From Acidobacteriota bacterium (GTDB lineage Bacteria > Acidobacteriota > Blastocatellia > Pyrinomonadales > Pyrinomonadaceae): a stretch of 64,000 nt of DNA. The stretch covers positions 14,107 to 78,106 of the forward strand of contig JAEZIT010000120.1 in assembly GCA_023436495.1 (NCBI GenBank), in the 5' to 3' direction. Of the stretch, positions 40,119-47,829 are shown in pieces (the stretch's first letter is position 1; each line of letters opens with the position of its first letter). Made by a program: the position numbers and the translations under genes. The notes beneath the pieces are model-generated. The model saw only the letters and a program-made list of their open reading frames with translations. It was not told the origin of the DNA and searched no databases.

Positions 40119-40655
40119 CTATTTCCCGTTCTTCATATATTTTTTCGGTATCTGATTGTCGGGCGTTTCCGCCTGCCAATATATCGTCACTATCCACCAG
40201 CGCTTGCCGTCGTTCAATAGCTGAAAACTGTTGATCCCGCGCATGAACGGCGTTTTTTCCGACAGTTTGTGGAACGATTCGTACGTCGAAAAAACGTGCG
40301 CGATGTTTCCGTATTGCTCAACGCGGCGGGCAACCTCGCGTTCGTGAAATCCCTCTTTCAAAAGAAAAGGCCCCGAACGCGTGATGTAATCTTCCGGCGT
40401 CATCGCCCGCGCGGCAAATGCCCCCGTCTGCGCGTTCTTTCCCGTCGGGATCAGCCGCGCGTCCTTGTGAAACAGCGTCCGGAACCGGTCCCAATCGCGT
40501 TCCTTCCCGGCGTCGCCGGAGATCACGTCGTACACCGCCTTCATTATCGAATCGATCGACGCCACGTCCGCCGGATCGGCCTGTTTCACGTCCTGTGCGG
40601 CAATGCCCTGGACCGCGATCAGGCCCAGAATTATTGCAAGTAATTTCGTTTTCAT
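40119..40655 (-). CDS. Secreted hypothetical protein, possibly NTF2/SnoaL-like fold
   Basis: Signal peptide (MKTKLLAIILGLIAVQGIAAQ) from the ATG at 40655. The fold call is weak. Confidence 0.55.
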   Translation of the reverse strand: MKTKLLAIILGLIAVQGIAAQDVKQADPADVASIDSIMKAVYDVISGDAGKERDWDRFRTLFHKDARLIPTGKNAQTGAFAARAMTPEDYITRSGPFLLKEGFHEREVARRVEQYGNIAHVFSTYESFHKLSEKTPFMRGINSFQLLNDGKRWWIVTIYWQAETPDNQIPKKYMKNGK

Positions 40656-40690
40656 AGGCCGGGTTTTACGATTGTTCGCACACCAAAGTT

Positions 40691-41554
40691 TCACTGCCCG
40701 TCAATGCGTGTTTCCAGCGTGTCCTGCAATGCCTTCGGCAGGGCATCCAACAGGTCATATCCCGTCCGCCGTTCGATCTCTCTGACCGTGGTCCTGTACC
40801 GTTCCCAGCGCTGGTTATCCAGCCCGTCCGTGTTCGGCATATCGACCGCGATCACGCGCGTCCGTTCGTTTACATCCGCCGCGCCGCGTCCGCGCGGCAG
40901 CACGATCACCACTTTCCAGCAATTCGTCGGCACCGTGATCTTGTTCTTGATTCTGCCCTTGTCGCCGTAAACTCCCGCGATCGTGTAAACGTCGTTCCCG
41001 TTTCGCACCAGACGCCTCGAATACGATTCCAGCGTCTCCCACGGGTATTGGTTCAGGCTGCCCGTTTGCGGCACGATATTCGTCATAAAAAAGGTCTCTT
41101 CGTTTCGTGTCGCGTCGCCGAACCGGTCCGCGCTCGGCAGCAGGTGCCCGCGGTTGTATCCGCTGCCCGAATAATCGAAATACGCGATGCGCGCAAATCC
41201 CGCCGGCGAACGCGGGTCCGGCCGAAAATCCGGTCGCTGCAATTTTGACCCGAGGTCTTCGCGCGTCGTTCGCCACGCGACCCAATTCGCCGTCCCGCGG
41301 CTATTGTTATACGATATCGCCGACCCTTCGCCGACGATCAGAAAATTATCCCGGTCCGCCGCGTCCGCCGTCGCCTTCGACGGGTTCCCGAACGCCAAAT
41401 GGACGCTCGAAACCGGTTCCGGCGCCCGCCGCGCCGCCGCATTCGCCGCATTCGCCGCGGCGTTCGCGTCATCCCGCGGCCATTCGCGCACCGCCCCGCA
41501 CCCCGCCAACCCCAACACGATCAACGCCGCCAAAACTGTGGTTACTATTCGCAT
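40691..41554 (-). CDS. Secreted DNA/RNA non-specific endonuclease (beta-beta-alpha-Me, NucA/EndoG family)
   Basis: Signal/lipoprotein-like N-terminus (LAGCG). Active-site motif GYNRGHLLPSADR and downstream N (TNIVPQ). Confidence 0.88.
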   Translation of the reverse strand: MRIVTTVLAALIVLGLAGCGAVREWPRDDANAAANAANAAARRAPEPVSSVHLAFGNPSKATADAADRDNFLIVGEGSAISYNNSRGTANWVAWRTTREDLGSKLQRPDFRPDPRSPAGFARIAYFDYSGSGYNRGHLLPSADRFGDATRNEETFFMTNIVPQTGSLNQYPWETLESYSRRLVRNGNDVYTIAGVYGDKGRIKNKITVPTNCWKVVIVLPRGRGAADVNERTRVIAVDMPNTDGLDNQRWERYRTTVREIERRTGYDLLDALPKALQDTLETRIDGQ

Positions 41555-41654
41555 GAAACTATTTACTGCCGCTAACCATTATGAAGCATTCCGCCGCGAA
41601 TCTCCCTCCGACAACAGAAGCACAGCGCAATACATCTGATCCTTGTCTTCCATT

Positions 41655-41812
41655 GAATTGCCCCTAGCTTTAGCTAGGGGTTCTCGAACAGTAAACGCCC
41701 CGGCTTTAGCCGAACCTCTTTTTAAATTCCATTCCTTATGGCTTCAGCCAAATTTGGGCTAAAGCCCGGTCAATATCCATGCTCAAAGCCCTAGCTAAAG
41801 CTAGGGGCAATT
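41655..41812. repeat. REPIN-like inverted doublet of family-A palindromic repeats
   Basis: Left arm GAATTGCCCCTAGCTTTAGCTAGGGG...CCGGCTTTAGCCG. Right arm GGGCTAAAGCCC...CCCTAGCTAAAGCTAGGGGCAATT. The arms are reverse complements in overall order. Confidence 0.8.
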
Positions 41813-41861
41813 TATTTCCGCGCCTAACTATTCCCCGTGTTTTGCGGTAAAATAGACTTTT

Positions 41862-42947
41862 ATGTCCGAAAAGACGCACATTACGGGCCTATCGCCGGCG
41901 GCGCTCGCCGAACTTGTCGAATCCATCGGCGAGCCGAAATACCGCGCCGTCCAGATCTTCAAAGGCGTGCACGGCCGCCGCCTGCGCTCGTTCGACGACA
42001 TGACCGACCTGCCGAAGGCCTTTCGTGCAAAACTTGCCGAGATCGCTGACGTCTCGACGCTGACCGTCGACGCGCGTTACGTTTCCGAAGACGGCACGCG
42101 GCGCTATCTGATGACCACCGCCGACGGCCGCCCGGTCGAAACCGTCTTTATCCCGACCGAAGGCCGCGACACCATCTGTTTCTCGTCGCAATCCGGCTGC
42201 CCGCTCAAATGCGATTTCTGCCTGACGGCAAAACTTGGCCTGCTGCGCAACCTGACGGCGGCAGAGATCGTCGAACAGATCATCATCGTCCTGAATGACG
42301 TTTACGGCGTTGGCGGCGAAACTCCGCACGGGACCAATCTTGTCGCGATGGGCGCGGGCGAACCGTTCCTGAATTTTGAGGATCTCATCGCCGCGCTCGA
42401 TATTATGTCCAGCGAAGACGGCCTGTTCATCGTGCCCGGCCGCGTCACCGTTTCGACCGCCGGCATCGTGCCGAAGATATATGAGTTTGCACAGCTCGAA
42501 CGCCGGCCGAACCTCGCCATTTCGCTTTCGGCGCCGAACGACGAGCTCCGCGACAAACTTATGCCGATCAACCGCCGCTGGAACATCGCGGAATTGATGG
42601 CTGCGGCAAAGGCGTTCCAAAAAACGCTCGGCCGCGGCGAACGCTTTACGTTCGAATATGTCCTGCTCGGCGGCGTCAACGATTCCGACCGCCATGCCGA
42701 AGACCTGGCGGCGCTCGTCAAGCGCCACGGCCTGTCGCGGGTCAAAATAAACCTGATCCCGCATAATCCGGCCGAACAGCTCGATTATCATCCGTCGGCC
42801 CCGGAACAGGTCGGCCGCTTCAAACAGATCCTGGAATCGAACGGCATTTCGGCGTACGTCCGCCGTCCGCGCGGCCGCGATATTTACGCTGCGTGCGGCC
42901 AACTGGCTGCAAAACAGGAACCGAATCTGGTACAGATCGCCGCCTGA
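41862..42947 (+). CDS. rlmN: 23S rRNA/tRNA (adenine-C2)-methyltransferase, radical SAM
   Basis: SSQSGCPLKCDFCLT radical-SAM motif, N-terminal KYRAVQIFKGVH, and C-terminal CGQL. Confidence 0.93.
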   Translation: MSEKTHITGLSPAALAELVESIGEPKYRAVQIFKGVHGRRLRSFDDMTDLPKAFRAKLAEIADVSTLTVDARYVSEDGTRRYLMTTADGRPVETVFIPTEGRDTICFSSQSGCPLKCDFCLTAKLGLLRNLTAAEIVEQIIIVLNDVYGVGGETPHGTNLVAMGAGEPFLNFEDLIAALDIMSSEDGLFIVPGRVTVSTAGIVPKIYEFAQLERRPNLAISLSAPNDELRDKLMPINRRWNIAELMAAAKAFQKTLGRGERFTFEYVLLGGVNDSDRHAEDLAALVKRHGLSRVKINLIPHNPAEQLDYHPSAPEQVGRFKQILESNGISAYVRRPRGRDIYAACGQLAAKQEPNLVQIAA

Positions 42948-42960
42948 CAATTTTTCGATT

Positions 42961-43470
42961 ATGGAACTTATGATCCCGGGTCTGATACTCGTCGCACTGA
43001 TGGTGTATCTTTCGACCCGCATAAAACGCACCGCGGCCGAAGCCTTCGCCCGCGAAGAGATAGACACAGGCGAATTCTCGCTCGTTAAGCCGGAAGGCTT
43101 CATCAATCCCGTCAAGGACGCGAGCGAATATGCATTCGAAGCCTATTCCAAGGACTACGGCCGCGATGCCGCGGGCAATCTGCCTCAGGCGTCGATCACC
43201 GTAAAACGCCACGGCAGTGACCTCGAATCCGTTTACGAATCCGCACGCGGTTCGCTGACCGACCCCGAAACGATCGGCTCCGACGGCGACGAATTCGTCG
43301 TCCGCGGCCGCGGCACCGAAGGCAGCACCGCCGCCGAGGTCTATTACAAACTAGTACGCGCCGGCAGCGCCGTTTACGAATTTCGCACCTGCGCCCTCAC
43401 CGACCACGCAGCCGATTTCCGCGAACGCCTCCGCCAAACCGCCGACAGCTTCGCCGTCCGCCCGCGGTAA
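42961..43470 (+). CDS. Hypothetical single-pass membrane protein (169 aa)
   Basis: N-terminal TM helix. Lies 13 nt downstream of rlmN. No motif recognised. Confidence 0.5.
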   Translation: MELMIPGLILVALMVYLSTRIKRTAAEAFAREEIDTGEFSLVKPEGFINPVKDASEYAFEAYSKDYGRDAAGNLPQASITVKRHGSDLESVYESARGSLTDPETIGSDGDEFVVRGRGTEGSTAAEVYYKLVRAGSAVYEFRTCALTDHAADFRERLRQTADSFAVRPR

Positions 43471-43535
43471 CTGCTCCGCGACATTTTTACAACAGAGTGG
43501 AGCAGTCGAAGAGTAACGGAAGTAAAACAGGCGGA

Positions 43536-43668
43536 GAATTGCCCCTAGCTTTCCTTTTTTGAATTGCCCCTAGCTTTCCTCCGTTGAATTGCCCCTAGCT
43601 TTCCTCTGTTGAATTGCCCCTAGCTTTAGCTAGGGGTCCTCGAACAATAAAAGCCCCGGCTTTAGCCG
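43536..43668 (+). repeat. Three 25-bp tandem truncated family-A half-repeats, then a full family-A hairpin and a secondary hairpin
   Basis: GAATTGCCCCTAGCTTTCCT(TTTTT/CCGTT/CTGTT) x3, then GAATTGCCCCTAGCTTTAGCTAGGGG and CCGGCTTTAGCCG. Confidence 0.85.
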
Positions 43669-43711
43669 AACTACTTCTTTAAAACGATCATCCTTAAAGC
43701 TTTAGCTGAAT

Positions 43712-44143
43712 TTAGCCGAATTTTACAAACCCCGCCCGATTAAGGAAATCCTCAAATTCTTTTTCGAATGTTCGGCCCCGATGATGTTCCTCCTGCCGGG
43801 CAATATAGTTTCGGACGCCTTCTAAATTGGATTCACTTACGGACACGGCAAAGTACTCTTCCTGCCACCCGAACTTGAGCTTCGTAAGTTTATTTTTATT
43901 GATCCAAAATGAGGATTCACCTTTTAATAATCGAACGACGTCCTCAAGCGTCTGGTTGGTCCCCAGCGAGATCAAACAATGGATGTGATCGACATAGCCA
44001 CCGATAAAATCCAGAAAGATTCCTTTCTGCAATGCGTTTTCGCGAATGTGATCGAACACCTTCGACCGAATTTCCGGCTTTAAATAAGGATGTCGGTTCT
44101 TTGTCGACCAGACGATGTGTATCCAGACCTTTACAAATGGCAT
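43712..44143 (-). CDS. IS200/IS605-type Y1 (HUH) transposase; REP-associated tyrosine transposase (RAYT) candidate
   Basis: 143 aa. HUH motif in YVDHIHCLIS and catalytic Tyr region VRNYIARQEEHH. N-terminal VWSTKNR pattern. Confidence 0.85.
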   Translation of the reverse strand: MPFVKVWIHIVWSTKNRHPYLKPEIRSKVFDHIRENALQKGIFLDFIGGYVDHIHCLISLGTNQTLEDVVRLLKGESSFWINKNKLTKLKFGWQEEYFAVSVSESNLEGVRNYIARQEEHHRGRTFEKEFEDFLNRAGFVKFG

Positions 44144-44217
44144 ATGAGAGAATTTGGATGATTTGTTTTTCAGATTGTTCCATATGGCGAAATTTGGCGC
44201 AAGACCGAGGTAGCTTT

Positions 44218-44274
44218 GGGCTAAAGCCCGACCATTTGCTGGACTTATCCACTAGCTAAAGCTAGTGGCAATTC
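44218..44274 (-). repeat. Family-A REP (variant) with secondary hairpin, right flank of RAYT
   Basis: GGGCTAAAGCCC followed by CCACTAGCTAAAGCTAGTGGCAATTC. Confidence 0.8.
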
Positions 44275-44382
44275 AAATGAAGAAACTCTTTTATGAAAAC
44301 GCCGCTATTTTCAGCCGGTAACGCTTCGTTCTGCCGGTCAACCGTTCGCCCTGGGGCGGCATCTGACCTACAATATTGAAAT

Positions 44383-44838
44383 ATGACGAAATTCCTACTG
44401 TTGATCGCCATAATATTCGCCGCCGGGATCGGCCTTGAATCATCCGCCCAAACCGTTACCGGATCTGTCGGCACCGCTACACGCGGAAAAGCCGTCAGCG
44501 GCACCGTCGTTATAAATATCCCGGACGGCCTGCACGTAAATTCCAACCGGCCAAATAGCGAATACGCCATCCCGACGACCGTCCGCCTTACGGCACCCGG
44601 CGCTCGTGTCGGCGCGGTCCGCTATCCGCGCGGCCGCAACCGCAAATTCCAATTTTCCGAAAGCACGATCAACGTTTACGAAGGCCGAGTCGCCATTCCG
44701 TTCACCGTCACCGTTCCCGCGAACTACCGCGGCAACACCGTCCGCGTCCGCGCCGCCGTCCGCTACCAGGCCTGCACCGACGAGGTCTGCTATCCCCCAA
44801 AAACCGCGGACATAACCATGACCGCCCGCGTGCGTTAA
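44383..44838 (+). CDS. Secreted DsbD N-terminal (alpha) domain-like protein
   Basis: Signal peptide, an Ig-like beta pattern, and the characteristic C-terminal YQACTDEVCYPP Cys pair. Confidence 0.75.
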   Translation: MTKFLLLIAIIFAAGIGLESSAQTVTGSVGTATRGKAVSGTVVINIPDGLHVNSNRPNSEYAIPTTVRLTAPGARVGAVRYPRGRNRKFQFSESTINVYEGRVAIPFTVTVPANYRGNTVRVRAAVRYQACTDEVCYPPKTADITMTARVR

Positions 44839-44864
44839 AACGCAGGAAGGACGCCCGCACATAC

Positions 44865-45129
44865 GACGGACCGCTGGTCCGTCTCTTAATGTAAGGCGGA
44901 CCGCTGGTCCGCCAACCCCGCCCATCGGCCCGCAAATTGTCCCAACAAACCTCTGCGCAAACATCGCGGACCACCGGTCCGCGTTACATCTCCGCCGCCA
45001 AATGTACAGCGGACCGCTGGTCCGTCGCGCCCCGCAGCCCATCGTTCCGTAAAATCCCCCGACAAGCCTCTGCGCAAACATCGCGGACCACCGGTCCGCG
45101 TTACGTTCCCAAGCCCGCGTTACATCTCC
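44865..45129. repeat. Family-B GC-rich palindromes (GCGGACC-NNN-GGTCCGC), five copies within a ~115-bp tandem duplication
   Basis: Palindromes at 44865-83, 44895-913, 44966-82, 45010-25 and 45083-99. The flanking segment CCTCTGCGCAAACATCGCGGACCACCGGTCCGCGTTAC is duplicated. Confidence 0.8.
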
Positions 45130-45130
45130 C

Positions 45131-45452
45131 CAGCCTCGTAGAGGCGTACCGTTTGTAGAACCTGCCAGCCGATCAACGCCCCAAGCTCCGTAGGAGCGAC
45201 CCGTTTGTAGAACCGCACATCAGCCAAGCGCGCCAAGCTCCGTTAGGAGCGACCCGTTTGTAGAACCGCGCACCAAAAGTTCATCCCTAGCTCCGTAGGA
45301 GCGTCCCGTTTGTAGAACGACATGCCCAATTAATGACCCAAGCTCCGTAGGAGCGACCCGTTCCCGCACCGCCCAAACCAACGGGCCGCTCCTACGGAGC
45401 TACGAAAACTTTTCCCACCCATTACTACAAACGGAACGCTCCTCCGGAGCTC
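45131..45452. repeat. Family-C repeats (AGCTCCGTAGGAGCGACCCGTTTGTAGAAC): five direct copies at 52-53-bp period plus two inverted copies
   Basis: Direct copies start near 45131, 45182, 45234, 45288 and 45339. Inverted copies are at 45381-45401 and 45422-45452. Confidence 0.8.
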
Positions 45453-45580
45453 AAAACAAAACTCCTCTTCCTTTGCGTCCTCCGCGTCTCTGCATGAGAT
45501 CTTCTGCCGAAGCCCGCACGCAGTAAGGGCGAAACATCCAACGCCATACCTACGCTAGCCGCCCGACTTTCCTCCCATAA

Positions 45581-45753
45581 ATTGCCACGGGCCTCAGCCC
45601 GTGGTCACCGCCCAACAACCAATCCGGCTTCAGCCAAATTGGGCTAAAGCCCAGTAAATGATGATGCTTCCATCCCCGAGCTAAAGCTCGGGGCAACTTA
45701 TAAAAAGAGGTCAATGATGATGCTCCATCCCCGAGCTAAAGCTCAGGGCAACT
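45581..45753. repeat. Family-A-related hairpins (variants), including a tandem duplicated unit
   Basis: ATTGCCACGGGCCTCAGCCCGTGG, GGCTTCAGCC and GGGCTAAAGCCC. Also two copies of ATGATGATGCT(T)CCATCCCCGAGCTAAAGCTC(G/A)GGGCAACT. Confidence 0.75.
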
Positions 45754-45807
45754 CATAAAACCTCGAGACAAAAGCGATCCATTTTCTCCCCCACTCCCCC
45801 AAAACTC

Positions 45808-47793
45808 TCACTCAATTATCACCGTCCTCGCGTTCGCAAGCTCCTCCGGCGTTTTCAGCCTGAAACTCTCCGGTACGAACGCGATCGCCACTAGTTCGGC
45901 GGGAATGCCCGGGCGGGCGGGTTTATAGGTCAGGACGGTGAGCTGCGTTCCAAACCCCACTCCGCAATCGATCGCGAACGAATTGCTGCCTTCGGTCAAC
46001 ACGGACATCCGCAGGCCCGAAAAATCCCTGCTCGCCAATTCGGTCTTTTGCCCGGCGATCGTCACCGCGTAGCGGATCTTTCCGTCGCGGCACGTCACGC
46101 GATCGACATACCCCACGGCCTGCCGTTCGCCCGTGCCCGGCCTCTCCAATATGCGGTTCAGATTCGTATTCACCCGGTCGAGCTCCAAACGGGCGAGGTC
46201 GGCGTCCGTCACGGCGGAGCGTTTCAAAAATATCGGCGGAGGCCCGAAATAGATCATATCGCCGTGCATCGCCTCGCGCGCCGCCGCGTATTGGATGACG
46301 GCAAGGACGATCGCTTGAGCATCGGCACGCGTCTCGCGCGAAGCCGCATCCGACGCCGCAACGCGCTCGGCGATCGCCTTTGCTTCCGAATATTTTTCCT
46401 GCATCACCAGCGCCTTTGCCAGCAGGACCTCGTACGCCGGTTTTCCCGGATCGATCGACAGGGCAGTGCGAATTTGCTCCGCGGCCTCGTCCGGGTTCTC
46501 GCCGTTGGCGATGTTTATGAACGCCAGCAGCGCATACGGATCCGCCTGGCGGTTGTCAGCAGCGATCGCCCGCCGCAGGGCCTGCCGCATCGCCGCTGAA
46601 TCCGCGGTAGAGTATTTTGCGACCCTGCCGAACGCGTCGGCGGATTCGCGGCTGACCGCGTACGCATAATTAAAATTCGCCGCGGCCGTGTTGCTCTTCG
46701 CAACGGCCTTTTGGAGGAACGGCTTTGCTTCGGCGAACCGTTCCTGCCTGACCAACGCGTCGCCGAGCGCGGCATTTGCCTCCGGCGACGACGGCTCGAG
46801 CTTCAACGCCTCGCGCAGCATCTCCTCGCCCTCAAAAACACGTCCCATCCGCGACAGAAGATCCCCGAGGTACGCCTTCGCCGTCGCCTCCGTGATCCGT
46901 TTCGAAGCGGCCTGTACACTTTTGGCGGCGCTGCCGGACGGCCTTGGTGCAGAAGGTGGCACCGATGCGAAATTCGCAACATAGATGGACAGCTCTCGTT
47001 CGAATGCGGCCGCGTCGAGAGAGTAGACCCGAGCAAGCGCGGTATCGATGCCGGCAGGCGCCGCCTTCAGAAATTCGGCCATCTTGCCCGCACCGCCGCG
47101 CTGCATCAGAAAATGCACGGCCGCCCAACTCTGCGCATAGAACAGCCCGCGCGAAGCGCTCCGCTCGCGATGGAGTTCCTTGTTGGAAACCGCGAACAAC
47201 TCACCCAGCGGAATAAGCTTTTCCTTTCGCAGCACGGACGCGTGGCCGGCCGGCTCGCGCCCGAAAACCGCCGCGCCGTCCTCGACCCGAAATGTCTCGA
47301 AGTATTCCGCGAGGCCTTCGCCCAGCCACGCGGGAACTTTGCCCGGGCCGAAATTCGAATTCAGAACGTAGTGCGTGTATTCGTGAAAGACCGTGTTGAA
47401 CGGGTCCGTACGGCCGGCCGCCGCGAAGGTTATATAGTTCACATCGCCCGCGGCAAGGAAATATCCGACGGCGCTCTCATCAGGAAGGCCGTCCGCCGTC
47501 ACCGGCTTGAACGGCGTGTAGGCGGCCTGGTCTTTGAAAACAATGACGTTGGTTTCGGTGCGGCTCTCCGATCTTAGGTCTGGGAAAACCTGCCGCAGCG
47601 CCGCGCGAAATTTCTCCAGCCCGCCGCCGGCGTTGCGGATGTCCGCTTCGGACGCGTTGCCGATCAGATGGAAATTATCGGTCCGAACCTCGGTCCATAC
47701 ATCACCGCCCGCCCGCGCGCCTATGCAGAGCAGCGCGATCGCCGCCATCAATAACAGGCTGCGAAATTTAATGAGAACCGCCGGGTGATGCAT
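45808..47793 (-). CDS. Secreted MA-clan HExxH metallopeptidase-like protein with TPR repeats
   Basis: Signal peptide, HEYTHY zinc-binding-type motif (VFHEYTHYVL), and a central TPR-like helical region. Confidence 0.75.
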   Translation of the reverse strand: MHHPAVLIKFRSLLLMAAIALLCIGARAGGDVWTEVRTDNFHLIGNASEADIRNAGGGLEKFRAALRQVFPDLRSESRTETNVIVFKDQAAYTPFKPVTADGLPDESAVGYFLAAGDVNYITFAAAGRTDPFNTVFHEYTHYVLNSNFGPGKVPAWLGEGLAEYFETFRVEDGAAVFGREPAGHASVLRKEKLIPLGELFAVSNKELHRERSASRGLFYAQSWAAVHFLMQRGGAGKMAEFLKAAPAGIDTALARVYSLDAAAFERELSIYVANFASVPPSAPRPSGSAAKSVQAASKRITEATAKAYLGDLLSRMGRVFEGEEMLREALKLEPSSPEANAALGDALVRQERFAEAKPFLQKAVAKSNTAAANFNYAYAVSRESADAFGRVAKYSTADSAAMRQALRRAIAADNRQADPYALLAFINIANGENPDEAAEQIRTALSIDPGKPAYEVLLAKALVMQEKYSEAKAIAERVAASDAASRETRADAQAIVLAVIQYAAAREAMHGDMIYFGPPPIFLKRSAVTDADLARLELDRVNTNLNRILERPGTGERQAVGYVDRVTCRDGKIRYAVTIAGQKTELASRDFSGLRMSVLTEGSNSFAIDCGVGFGTQLTVLTYKPARPGIPAELVAIAFVPESFRLKTPEELANARTVIIE

Positions 47794-47829
47794 TAACGGT
47801 TTGATTATCCGGCAGGAAAAAATGTTGCA

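Larger units (their letters stand above)
43536..44274 (-). mobile_element. RAYT gene bracketed by inverted family-A REP hairpins
   Basis: Left flank 43611-43636 and right flank 44249-44274 are reverse complements, apart from one compensated base pair. Confidence 0.7.

Noticed and set aside
44440-45081. 213-aa minus-strand ORF, plus several 60-90-aa ORFs covering 44.6-45.2 kb.
   Set aside because: The ORF reads antisense through the DsbD_N-like gene and then through the family-B palindromes. Its internal protein repeats simply mirror the DNA repeats. There is no start context.
45131-45362. CRISPR array: ~30-nt repeats with unique 22-nt spacers at a 52-53-bp period.
   Set aside because: There are only five units, and the repeats are not identical. 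The 22-nt spacers are short for a CRISPR, and their edges (CCA/CGC) are partly conserved, so the real repeat is longer. Inverted copies follow immediately, forming a 21-bp hairpin. No cas genes or leader are in the window, and the array sits among other REP-like families. I classify it as a REP-type tandem repeat.
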